Part shown: in pieces, positions 40,039 to 53,044 of the stretch
Position numbering within the stretch: position 1 is the first letter of the stretch
How the letters are laid out: every line of letters starts with the position of its first letter
DNA from: Octopus sinensis
Taxonomy: Eukaryota
Direction: 5' to 3'
Length of the DNA: 64,000 nucleotides
Assembly (NCBI RefSeq): GCF_006345805.1
Contig: NC_043005.1
Location: 34,720,001-34,784,000 of the forward strand
Made by a program: the position numbers and the translations under genes
Notes under the pieces: generated by a model
Told to the model about the DNA's origin: nothing
Databases searched by the model: none
The model's input: the letters and a program-made list of their open reading frames with translations, nothing else

Positions 40039-40918
40039 CATGGGAAAAGGTCAGAGAGCTCCTACCTCTACTGGCAACAGGGGGCCTCTCTCTCAGAGTG
40101 AAAGGCAGTTTGTATGATGCCTGTGAGTGAAGAGCTATGATATGTAGCAGTGAAACATGGGCTGTGACAGCCAATGACATGCATAGGCTTGAAATAAATG
40201 AAACCAGTATGCTTCGGTGGATGTTCAATGTCAGTGTGCATGTTTGACAGAGTGTAAGCATCTTGAGAGAAAAGTTACACATAAGAGGAATCAGATGTGG
40301 TGTGCAAGAGAGGCGACTGCATGGGTATAGTCATGTGATGCATATTGACAAGGACAGCCATATAAAGAAGTGCTGATCTCGAACTGTGGAGAGAACCTGT
40401 GGTAGAGGTAGACCCAGGAAGACATGGGAAGCATGATCTTCAAAATTTGAGCCTCACAGAGGCAATGACTAGTGACCGAGATCTTTGGCATTATTCTGTG
40501 CTCGAGAAGATCCATCAAGCCAAGTGAAATTGTAGTCATGACCACTGCTGGTGTCACCTAACTGGTACTTGTGCCAGTGACACGTAAAGAGCACCTTTTG
40601 AGTGTTGGGCCTCATGGAGGCAAAGTGTCTGAGTTCCTTTCAAGTGTTAGGCCTTACGGAGGCAGTGACCAAGACCTTTGGTATTATGTTGTACTTGAGA
40701 AGAAGACCCATCAAGCCAAGCAAAATCCCAGTTGCAGCAGATACTGGTGTCACGCAGATGGCACTCATGCTGGTGGCATGTAAAAGCAACCGTTGGTGTT
40801 AGGAAGGGCATCCAGCTGGAGAAAACCATACCAAATCAGACTGGTGCAGCCTTCCAGCCTCATCAAATGATCCAACCCATGCCAGCATGGACAATGGACA
40901 TTAAATGATGATGATGAT
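40039..40918 (+). mobile_element. Second, more truncated RTE LINE in tandem
   Basis: Restarts at the WEKVRELLPLL-type sequence and runs to the tail (GAT)n. Confidence 0.9.
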
Positions 40919-41153
40919 ATATATATATATATATATATTTGGGTCATTTCATCATGTTAAACCATTATTCCCTACACATTTTTTTCTCTCTCCATTTTCT
41001 TGTTCTCTTTCCATTTTTTTTTACTCTCAACCCTTTCTGCTGAAGAGCATTTCGCTCGAAATGTCAAAGACATTTCCATTCTTCCCAAGCATCAAACTAA
41101 TACACCTTCTTGTTGTTCCCTCACCTGTCTTCATCTTGTTTTCTGTAAATTTG

Positions 41154-41191
<38 letters not shown>

Positions 41192-44100
41192 TATGTATAT
41201 ATGAATCTATGTGTGGCGCATACAATACTGATTGTTAGAGCTGTTGTTAACCTGAAGCCAACTCTGACCTAACAGACCTCTGATCAAAGAAACTCCAGCT
41301 GTTAACAAGCTATCATTTTAGGGTACCAAGGACCATTCTTTAAAGTGCCATTTTTTAAAAGTAGGTGTCGTTTGTAGGGGTTTTGACTGCTTTTTCTAGG
41401 TCTTCTTGAGAATTACTGTTACTGTTTAGTACCAGGTCAACCTTCATCAAACAAACCTATGATCAAAAGCATTCCAACTGTGACTATCTCATCTTTTTCT
41501 AATGAACAAAGTACTCAAGGCCATATTATGATCCTGAGATGCTATGCTTAGGATGGTAGGATATAATTCAAGGGAGATGTAGCTGTTGTTTCTAGCAAGT
41601 TGTGCAACCTCATAAGCTCTTTTATTAGCTCAATCTTAGAGAGAATTACAGAAATACACTTCTCAACAATCTGGTATAACACAAGCTCAATTCCCAGTTA
41701 TTGTTGTAACTCTATTAATTCTTCATTCAGATGTCTCCCTCTGACTGCAGTACACAACCTGAACAATGTTGGTCCCTCCCAGGCTGATCCGGCATTTAAT
41801 ACAAAAGCTTTTAGTGGCTATCCAATAACCTATTAATAGTTATTGACCATTTTTATAAAGGTTGCTGCTAAATAATACCTTATATGTCTACCATATCCTT
41901 TTCTGGTTGTTGTGTTACTGCATGTAGTACAAAACTAGATTCTATGTGCTACAGTGTCACAGCTTGCTTATATACCATTATATTTTATTGCTGTAGTGTG
42001 CATTTTACACATAGTATCGATAAAACTATCAGTTTATTGTCAAGATATGGTGTGTTATCGAGTGTAAAATCTGGCTACTGCACTCAATGACATCTCCTTT
42101 CCCATTAACCATTGGCTGATATAAAGCAATACCTTGCCATAAATATCAACAAGAGAAAACACATGGTGGTCTTAAATACCATATTTAGAAATTTAAACAT
42201 TTGAGAATATGTTTAAGAAAATCATTGTTGTTGTTGTGGTGGTGGTGATGTTAGTAATCATTGTCATCATCATCATTTCATCCCAATTATTTTAATTTCT
42301 GTTTTACTATTCTGACAAAAATCAGATGACCTTGCAAATTCCCCTGGCATGAAATAAATTATTTGCAGTTTTGTTTATTTACAAAAGAAAAAAAAAAAAT
42401 TAAAGTATATAAATACTATTGACATTGTAAGTATTGGAGAAGCAAGAGTTGTAAAAACAAAACAAACAATAATGATGATAGAATATTAAAGAAACTGAAA
42501 GGAAGGGAGAGGAACAGTTTCTTTTGCTGCAGGGAAAATTGTTCAACTGTTCTTTAATTTTAAATAAAAAAAAGGACAACTAAGCTTTTAAGTTTCAAAT
42601 CCTGCCACTAACATTATATTTGTCAAAAAAATCTTTCAGCACACTTAAATCTAATGCAGTGTTACAGGGGTTAAAAAAAATACCAGAAAAGTGTAGTGCC
42701 AAATACCATAGATATGAACTCAGCTACATATGGTGTCAATACTCATGATCACACATATTTTAGAATTTGTTAGCAAAAAGTTACCCTTCACTTAACACCC
42801 AACTATTGATTGGTTTCCACTTTGGTTTTCAGAAAAGACTTGAATAATTCATAACAAATTTATAAATACTCAAATTCTCATAATAAGTGGGAGAAACAAG
42901 GAGACAAAACTATTTAAATACTGTATTTAAAAAAAGGTAACACCATATTGCATGTAACAAGTAGTGTGTTTCATTATACTCAATGTTGTCAAATCTCAAA
43001 TATGGTTCCAAGCTAAAGATTTTTAAGAATTTATCAGATTTGACTTAATTTTGTGACATCTCTTAGAAATTACAGGCAACACACTAAAATGCCACAACCT
43101 ACAGTTTGTTAACATCTGCAGTATAGTGTAATTTGAGGGAGATCTGGGTGTTTATTTCTAGGAGCAATCATATAGACCTTCTCTCACTGGTTCAGTGTGT
43201 TGGAGTTTAGAATCTGAAAAAAAATTATGAAAGAAGATTCATTGCTGCTGCATGTGGCTAGTGAAACTTGTTATCTTTATGTAGTCAATAAAGAGCACCA
43301 GCACCAGCATCATCATTGTCATCGTTGGCCTTGTTTTACACTCTGTGTTCCATAGCAAGGGTTGAATGCTTTGACAAGATCCAATGGGCCCATGGAGTGC
43401 ATCATGCTTCACTGTCTACTTGGCATGGTTTCTATAGCTGGATGTCCTTGCAACCACTTTACAGCATGTACTGGGGGCTTTTTTCATGGCACTAGCACTA
43501 GTGAGGTTGCCATACAGCTCGAAAGACTATGAGCCCTGAGGGAGAAGCTTTATTCTAGGGGATAAGGGATTAATGTGTGAGAGAAAGGACCAAAGCAGTT
43601 GAAGAGATATGACTATTCTTATGTATGACTTAAACTTGCATTAGTTGCAGATAGAGATAATTAATATAAATCTATTTGTGACATCATCACAGTTATTAAC
43701 GTGGACTGGAAAGGTCTTCATAAAAGCTATGGTAACTTCTTATTACAAATTATTTCATTTTTAGTAAGGTCTTGTCAAATGTAAACACATTCAGTAATTT
43801 TTTTTCTGGCTTTACATTGTTAAATGGCATTTATTCAGAACTTCATTTCTGTAAAGAAATGACAAGAAAATAAACCACAGAATTTACAATAATAATAACA
43901 ACAATGGGTCTGAAAGACAACTCCAACAACTCAACAAGACACAAATAATATACACAGTAATGACATAGGTGTCATATAGTGATGTTGTGGCTAATATCAA
44001 GTTAATAACCAGAACAGACTGCTCAGTGAGAAACAGTAAAAAAAGTAGTAGTAATAGTATTAGTAGCAGCAGCAATAGTAGTTATAGTAACAACAATAAA

Positions 44101-44254
44101 AACTTACTTTGATTCCAGCAAGAACTATGTTTTTAGCTGAAAAACAAAAGAAAAGAAATATAATTACAGGAACAATAAAGAAGCAAATTTGTGACAGGGA
44201 TATACCATGAAACATGGTATACCATATATGTGGTATGATATACCATGTGACAAT

Positions 44255-44487
44255 AATAATCCTTTCTACTAAAGACACAAGGCCTGAAATTTTGGGGAAG
44301 GGAACTAGTTGATTTCATTGACCCCAGTGTTTCACAGGTACTTAATTTACTGACCCTGAAAGGATGAAAGGCAAAGTCGACCTCGGCAGAATTTAAACTC
44401 AGAACATAGTGACAGGCGAAATACTGCTAAGCATTTCGTCCAGCATGCCAATGATTCTGCCAGCTAGTCACATTAATAATAATAATA

Positions 44488-44533
<46 letters not shown>

Positions 44534-44945
44534 TAATAATAATAATTTCTACCATAGGCACAAGGTCTGAAATTTGTAGGGAAAGGGATTAGTTGATTAT
44601 GTCAACCCCACTGTTCAAGTAATATTAATTTTATCAACTTCGAAATGATGAAAGGCAAAGTTTACCTCAGTGGGATTTGAACTCAGAACAAAGAGAGCTG
44701 CAAGAAATACCACTCAACATATTATTTGATGTAATATCTGTCAATCCACTATGATAATAATAATAATGTTTTTTGTTATTTAGGCACAAGGCCAGGAATT
44801 TTGAGAGGAGGGTTTTAATCAATACCAGCAACCCTAGTACTTGACTGGTACTTTATTTTATCAACCCTGAAAAGATGAAAGACAAAGTCGATCTCAGCAG
44901 GATATGAACTCAGAATATAAAGAGCCAAAACAAGCATTTTTCCAA
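44255..44945 (-). mobile_element. Three tandem SINE family B copies separated by (AAT)n
   Basis: GAAAG(G/A)CAAAGT..GAACTCAGAA motif at ~44.37, 44.65 and 44.88 kb. Confidence 0.85.
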
Positions 44946-44951
44946 CACTTA

Positions 44952-45833
44952 CAAGTTGGTATCAAAAGGTTCCCAGCTAGTTATGTTTAATAAAAAAAAT
45001 AACTTATCTACCTTAAGTTTTAGCATCATCGCCTTTGAAATAGTCACCTTGTGCAGCAATACACAGGCTTCAGCATTCCTGCCGCTTTTGGAATCCGGTC
45101 GGGAAGTCGTTTTCCACAGGCGAATTAAGGACCTTCTGTGTTTTGCTCTGGATCTCAACAACGGTATTAAAATGGCAACCTTTGAGCAGCATTTTCATCT
45201 TGGGTAAGAGATGGAAGTCTGCAGGTGCTAAATCTGGCAAATAGGGTGGGTGCAGAAGTGATGCCATGTTGTTTTTGGTGACAAAATCACGAGTGAGGAG
45301 AGCTCGGTGAAGAATCCAACTCTTTGCACTCCACATTCGCTTTTGCCGAATGTCATCCCTCAATTGCTTCAAAACATTACAGTAGAATTATCGATTGATA
45401 GTCTGGCCCTAGGGGATTAATTCTTAATGCACAATACCACATTTTCAAGGTGACACTCATGGCAGATCCTCCAGATAGCTCATCATCTTCCAGAGATGTT
45501 CTTCTGCTTTTGATGTGCCCATGCTACTTGTAACATTGTGTATGACTCATTGCTTCATCACTGTAAGTTTGCTTAAGCATGCTCAATGTCTTTGTAGCAG
45601 ACTTCCCAAGTTTAATGTAAAATTTTACATTAGCTCTTTGTTCCTGTCCATGACAAAAACGCAGACTACAGTGTACATGTGATCACAAAAATACAAATTT
45701 CACAACTTGCTCCATAAACACAGTGATGTTACTCAACACACCGCCGCATGAAGGTCACTGCAAACTCTCACTGTATATTGCCGTCTGTTGGCATGCTACA
45801 GAACTAGCCCGGGAACTTTTTGATGCCATCTTG
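44952..45833 (-). mobile_element. Mariner deletion derivative, 882 bp, TA TSD
   Basis: Imperfect ~32-bp TIRs (CAAGTTGGTATCAAAAGGTTCCC / GGGAACTTTTTGATGCCATCTTG); N-term EQRANVKFYIKLGKSAT joined to C-term LHPPYLPDLAPADFHLLPKMK. Confidence 0.9.
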
Positions 45834-46869
45834 TATGGTTCTACCACATCATCATCATCATTGTCAGTAACACTGTTATCACCAATATATTTTCTTTTTT
45901 TTTTTTTTGGCAAGTATACTACTATGCACCACAATACTGAATCATTTTATCTGCATGTTTACTTCCTGAAAATTCTTCTAACTCCACCTTTTCGAAATTC
46001 TCTCAAGCCTACACCTAATTCATTTACCATTTTGTCTTCCTTTCACCAGTCTCTCACAATGTATTTATACCAATGCAAACTCATATATACTCCTACCAAG
46101 TCATTGTCCTCACCAGACATTGCAGGGTGTAAAAATACACTTGGTTGACAAACAACTGACTTTCAGCTTAAACCAAAGTAAATCAAAAGAAAAAGTCACA
46201 TTTAGTTTCTGTTTAACATGAAAGAAAAAGAAAATGATGCTTTAGTAAAAAGAGTAAATACAAAATGAATAAGAACTTTCAGGCAAACCAGGAGCTCTAT
46301 TTCAAGTGATTGAGATTATAATGATAATATAAGCAGGAAGTAGGCCATACTAAGTGACTAACTTGAGATTAGGAAGAGCAGCAACAACTATCATTAGTGA
46401 TTAATATAATATATAAAATAAACATGTTTGTGTATAAGAAGAAAGAGAATACTTTAACAAGAGACAGCTGACATATAACAGTAGCTTGTAGTAGTTAGAA
46501 CAAACACGGTTACAATCCAACACTGCTGCCACTTACATGCAGTAAATATGCATAACTGAGATAGCTGAAATATTTTGCAATTTCTACTTCACCATGGTAA
46601 TGGCAAACCAGACAAGGTTCTTCTGTATTGCATGCAGTGGAATCTGAGAATTTTTTAATGATGGAGAAATGTGGGACTGGCAATTCGTTGAAAAATTACA
46701 AATGCCAGTGATATTCCCATACTGCCATTGTTATAATCATCACCATTATCATCATCACTACCATTCAAAACACCAATATCAACATCATCATCATAGCTCC
46801 ATTCTCCAGCATGAATGGATGTCATTGTCATCATCATCCTACTCCTCCTCTGTTAATGTCCATCTTCTA

Positions 46870-46956
46870 TACTGGCATGGGTTGGCTGGTTTGACAGGAT
46901 CTGATGTAGTTCCCCAACCTGTCAACTCCTGTCAAACTGTCCAATCCATGCCAGTA
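46870..46956. other. 87-nt foldback made of two head-to-head RTE-tail halves
   Basis: 30-bp arms, 26/30 Watson-Crick, 27-nt loop. Confidence 0.85.
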
Positions 46957-47676
46957 AAAAGACAGATTATGATATTTGCTTATCCATTCATACTGGTACA
47001 GTAAATATTGTAAACTAAAATGTGAAACTTCTGATAGAATCACTATGTTACCCTGGTTTCATTGATTCCTAGTTGTACTTATTTCACTTACTCCCCACTA
47101 ATAATCTTTAGGAAATAGAATGAACACTACAACTACTACTGCCAGCCACAATGAATTTGATGGGATTGGTCAACTGTTGATAGCTATATCAGATCACCAA
47201 AGGCTGAGCTAGTAGTACTAATTACTGCATTGTATTCAAAACTATTTACTGTAAACAAGAGAAATAACAAAAACCAAAAATTCAAATAAAGAAAAATTCT
47301 GTAAAAGTGGTGATACCTCTAAGAGCTATTTGTGAAAGCTGCACAGAAATCGTGGTTAGATTGACCACTAAGACTTAACCTTCTCTAATCACAGGCACAT
47401 GCTCAGAGCAGGCCTGTTTACTTAGACCATGCTAATCACTCTTTTCAACAACCTTATTTCTCTTTTCAAGAAGAAATTTGTAAAGTTGATGAGGGAATGG
47501 CCGAAGGGGAACACGAATCTGTCTTTATCCCATTTAATCTTGTCTACCACACAATCTCTTTCAAGACCACCAGACAGATAAAGCTGCTTGCCCTTTCAGG
47601 CCAATGGAATAGATGGGGATAATATTTACAATGGACTTAGCTGAGAGCTGGATGATATTAATAATAATGATATCAG

Positions 47677-47975
47677 AATCAGAGCCTGCCACAAGAAATT
47701 ATTAAACAAACATTCTTAAAATTGATGCTGATCTTCCTTGCTGCTTTTATGGTACATCCAGAGAAAAAAAATTATCAACTCATTTCTGGATGCTTTATGT
47801 TAACCTCAAACGAATATATTAATTGCCATGATAGACTTAGTCAGTATTTGCACTGGTTCATATGCTGTCAGTTTCGATTCATATGTGAGAAGAACTGACA
47901 GGAACATAAGATTATCAAAGTAGTAGAAAATAAAGGTACCACCTTTCCTTGGGACTTTAGTATTCAAATTGATTA
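47677..47975 (+). mobile_element. R4/Dong-like LINE fragment (CCHC to start of REL endonuclease)
   Basis: TRNY*TNILK..SGCFMLTSNEYINCHDRLSQYLHWFIC..VVENKGTTFPWDFSIQID. Confidence 0.8.
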
Positions 47976-49110
47976 AGCAATAAATACATGGGCAGTCTCT
48001 TTAATGCAATATGGCACAGGTGTTGTTAAATAGACAAAGAATAAGCTTGAAGAAATGGATAGAAAGACCAGGAAAGTGATGACGATGAACATAGAACTGC
48101 ACTTTAAAAGTGATGTAGATTGTATATGTCTAGAAACAAGGAATGAAGTGGGCTCATAGAATACAAGAGCTGTGTTGTCAATGAGGAAAACAGTTTGGCA
48201 TGGTACATCAAATAGCAGATGAAACCTTTGATTGTTGCCGTTAGAAAGAGCAACATGATACCTAGTGAAAATGTGACACACCCAAAAGAATCTAACAAGA
48301 TGAAGTGCAAAGATTGAACAACTGGAAAGTGAAAGTGATGCATGGGCAATACTTCAAAGATATGGAAGGGAAGGCAATGCCAACATCTGGAGGTGGCTAA
48401 GGGATAGTGATCTGAAAGGATGCACTGATACACTGATATGCAGTATTCAGGGACAAGTTTTAAGAACAAATTACAATAAGTTACAAATATATAAGAGTAT
48501 TGAATCATCCCTTTATAGGATGAGTAGCGTCAAAATGAAACAGTCTCACATATTGTGGAAGAGTATAGTAAACTGGTTCAAAAGGAAGTATGATAATGTA
48601 GCTATGCATGCTCATGGGAGATTGGATGACATGTACATTTTGAAAGGACATTGAAATGTCACAATTATAAACCAGGTGTCACTGAGAATGATGAGTATAC
48701 GGTCTTGTGGGATTTTACAATCCATTAAGATTAGGTGATTGATGCTTAGGGACCAGACATTGTTGTATTTGATAAAATGATGAAGTAAACCAAGATCATA
48801 GATATTGTCATACCTGAGAATGTATGAGTGGATGATAAAGAACTAGAAAAAATTGAGAAGTAAAAGCCCCCGTGAATGTAGACAATGAAGAAACTATTGT
48901 CCCAGTAATTATAAGAGCATAAGGAGTATTTAACAACTAGGTTTGAGAAATTTGTTAGAGAAAATGGGATTGACATGAAGGTAGAACATGCGCAGAAAAC
49001 TGCTTTATTGTGGACCGAGGATTTTGAGATTTGTACTTGGATGTTAAGTATCATGGAAGAAGACTCTGTAAGATCCTTGATAACAGGTTGTTGTTCACTG
49101 TTACAAAATT
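47976..49110 (+). mobile_element. Second R4/Dong-like LINE, 3' portion
   Basis: AINTWAVSLMQYG..MDRKTRKVMTMN..KSDVD; ETVSHIV; PDIVVFDK..IIDIVIP..KELEKIEK; QKTALL. Confidence 0.88.
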
Positions 49111-50695
49111 AGCTGAAGCAAGTAAAATCAAGAGCTCTGAGAAGTGAACTATACAACAACAAATATAATAATCTAATTTCTTTATTACTTCCACATGAGT
49201 AGACATAACAGGGACATGGTCCCAAAATCAAAAAAAGAAACAAGGAAGAAAAACATAAAGAAGAGAATAATGTGAGACTCCTTACCAATTTCAATTCCCA
49301 GACCACCAACACCATACAGCAATACAGATGCTTGTGCCATCCTTTTCATGGCTGTGTCACCCAAAACATATCTCTGTCGACTGAAAAGAATAAAAGACGA
49401 TAATTCTAGATAAATATTAAATTACAAGAGGCATACAAAATTTTTTTTTATATAACTTCATAGTAGAAGAGTTTAACACAGTGAATAGAAGGGTGATGTA
49501 ACTCCAAGTCATTACTAATCAGACGGACATATGATAAAAAACAGTACAACCATCTCATTTATTCTTGCATACATAATGTCTCTAAGACTACGTTATACAG
49601 AACATGGATACAGGCATGGGTGAATAGTTAAGAAGATTACTTTCCAGGCATGTGGCCTCAGGTTCAGCTCCACTATGCAATACCTTAGTCAAGTATCTCA
49701 TACTATAGCCCTGAGTTGACCAAAGCCTTATTTTGGTAGATGGAAACTGAAAGAAGTCCAACATTTGTGAATGCATGTGTGTGTGTTTGTGTGTGAGTGA
49801 GCGAGAGAGAGAGAGAAAATATACTCTTGTCTAGACATCACATGATGGTTGTAAATGAACATCATCATCATTGTCATCATCATCACACAGGTAAGATTCT
49901 TCATTTGTAAGAATAAAAAAGTTATGAGGGGTTTTAGTATGTGCTTACATCAGAACTTGACCATCAAATTTATGCCAACTCAGTAAATCTCTCTGCCATA
50001 CACCAGCCAACAACTCTGATGGCTGGGTATATTTCTTTTAATTGCATTCAAACATGACTCATTCAATGGACCAAACTCAATCCGGTCCTCTCCATTCATA
50101 GCAGACTCTATGTATATACATTTAAATGCATTCATTCATTTCAATTATTGAAACAAATAGGAGGCAGGTAAACTTTCGTTGATATTTAGAGAGAAGAAAA
50201 TGTTATTTGCTAATAGTGAGATATGGCTATATGAAACAGATGTCTAGCAGACGGACACTTGCAGCTGTTGTCACCTGAATGGGAAAAATATGCAGATAAT
50301 TGCAAATATTCAAATTAAGAAGTATTGAGCGGTGAAGACATCAAATTTTACTGGGGAGGTGCAATTTGTAGAATTTCTGCTTTTATAGTTGTATAGTTAA
50401 GAAGTTTGCTTTGCAATCCTGTGGTTTTAGGTTTAGATCTACTGTTGGCACTTTGGACAAATGTCTTCCACAATAGACTTGGGTCAACCAATGGTTTGTA
50501 AGTAAGATATAATAGACAGAAACTATATGGAAACTTGATGTATAATGTGTGTGCATGTGCTTGTTCCATAACTTAACAGTTAAATAAATGAAGATGAACA
50601 CAAAAGTATTACGCATCAAAATAAATAAAAATGGCATCAGCTAAACTCTTGAAGGCAGTGCCCTAGCATGGCCTCAGTGCAATGTCAGAAACCAG

Positions 50696-50731
<36 letters not shown>

Positions 50732-51034
50732 AAGAATATAAATTAAATTCAGAATTTAAACTGTGAATTCATAAGTCTAAAGACATTTTGGAAGCATAAT
50801 AAATAAATATATATATAAATAAATGAAAATACAAATTCTTTTATAAATATGAACATTCTTAGAATTGTCAGGGATGATTTAATACCTAAAAGATGAAAGA
50901 TTTACAGACAAGCTGAACATTCATAAGATAATCATAGGATGAGGCATTAGTTCTTAGAATGGATCAAAGACTATATTTTCGTAGTTCTGTCTTGATATCA
51001 GTTTTATAGCTACAAGATAAGGAGAAACAACAAA

Positions 51035-51620
51035 ATTTCAAATTTTTGTCCAACACCAGGAAATTTTAGGAGGAGGAAGCTAGTTGATTACATCAGGACC
51101 CCCAGTACTTGGCTAGTACAGTATCTTATCAACCCTGAAAGAATCAAAAGCAAAGTCAACTTGGTGAAACTTGATCTTAGAATATAAGTCAAAAGTAATG
51201 CCACTAAGCACTTTGTTCAATATGCTAACCAATCTGTCATCTTAGTAATAATGGTAATTCTTTCTACTATATGCACAAAGCCTGAAATTTGTGGCAAGGA
51301 GCCAATCGATTACATTGATGCCAGTGCTCAGTTTGTACTTATTTTATTCACCTTGAAAATATGAAAAACAAAGATGACTGAACTTAGAACATAAAGATGA
51401 AAAAAATGCCATGAAGCATTTTGTTTGGCATGCTAACAATTCTGCCATCTTGCCACCTTAATAATAATAGATTTGGTAGGTAATTGGCAGACTTGTTAGA
51501 GTACTGAATAGAATGATTCAGAGTTTCTACTTTGACTTTCCGCTCTCTGGGTTCATATCCACCTGAGGTCAACTTTGCCTTTTCTCCTTTTGGGGGTCAA
51601 TCAATAAAAAAGTATCAATT
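51035..51620. mobile_element. SINE family B cluster: two minus copies then one plus copy, head-to-head
   Basis: Minus copies ~51035-51235 and ~51259-51456; plus copy ~51472-51620. Confidence 0.75.
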
Positions 51621-52948
51621 GTGAACATTAGATTGGTAGAACTGCCAGAGAATGAAGCATGATGTGGTGTTTGTTCTGGTTCTTTGCATTCTGACAACAC
51701 TTGTGCCAAGCTATACTGGTCTAAGTCAGTGGCTTTTCCTTTTGATAAATGTCAGTGGCACAGAGCGAGGCTACATGCATGGGTATCTGTTGGTCTTCGT
51801 TTTAAAAAAATCTTGCTCCGACCAGTGCATATATGCACAGATGCATGGTGAATAGCCCCTATTCTCACCATTGCAAGGTAGAGAGGAAATGCCAACAGTC
51901 TATGTAGGTTTTTTAAGGCCAGCATAGTCAGTACTGTTAATTTAACTCAAATTTCTCTAGATTCATAAGTAGAAGGAAACTGTAAGTTGAGGTGTGAGTT
52001 TCAGAAAGTTGCATTTCAAGTGAGAAAGGAAGGTTTAGCAAAAAGTATGATGTTTTGAGAAAGAGAGTGAGAGAGAAGATAGGAGAGAGGGAGAGAGATG
52101 GAAAGAGGGGAGGAAAGGGAAGGGGGAGAGAGAGACAAGGAGAGACGGGATGATGGAGACATGGAGAAAAGGGGAGAAAGAGAGGGAGTGAGGGGCAAGA
52201 AGAGAAGGGAAGAGAGAGAGGAGAAAGAAGAGAAGGGAAAAGAGAGAATATTTAAGTGTATCAAGGGAGCTATAGTCAATGTGGAACCCATCTTGCTAGT
52301 TGAGGGTAGTAGGAACCATTGTTGAGCAGGAGAGAGTAGTGTCAGATCATGGGGAGAGGTACAGATGGCTAATGAGTGTAGTATTTTGATGAATGAAGAA
52401 TTACTAATTAACAATCAGATAGCCTTCTCTAAAAGTGTGGGTGGATGCAAACTGTTTATATTATATACATAGCAGTTTTCCCATGTTTCAGATATATAAA
52501 TAGAACACTAAACTGTGTCACACTTTGCTGTATGGAAGGTCAGCAGCTGTTCAGCATTGAAACATTTTCTGGTTCTAAAAGTAGAAGCTGAAACTTTGAA
52601 GCGCAGCTTTCAATGTACCCTGCACCCCTTCCTATCATCTACATTTCTGAATGAGTCCTTCCTTTTATTTGAAAATTGATTTTACAAAGGCTTGGCTGCT
52701 ATAACAAGCAAGATAGTAAAAGCTCCTTTATGAGCTCGATGTGCCATCAGCATAAAAGATCACTATAGACAGTTAAGTTTTGCATTTATAAAGATGTTAG
52801 TTGTATTCATGAACATGGAAAATGTGGTGATATAGTTGTATAGTTCTGTGCTTCTTTGACATATGCTTGGAGCCCTGCAATAGTTGTTCTAAACACCCAT
52901 AAATTGTGAAATGTGCATTTATCCTTATTTCTTTATTTCTCATGTATA

Positions 52949-53008
<60 letters not shown>

Positions 53009-53044
53009 CGTGCATTTGAGTATGACACCCCCACCTGGTAAGAA

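Noticed and set aside
6636-46570. Minus-strand micro-exon candidates (LIAVYKNE ~6.65 kb, IRNVLPC ~32.94 kb, KFHLINEFAVAH ~35.47 kb, YLSYAYLLH ~46.55 kb)
   Set aside because: Good donors but weak acceptors, no recognisable protein, and expected by chance in 64 kb of AT-rich DNA; needs junction reads
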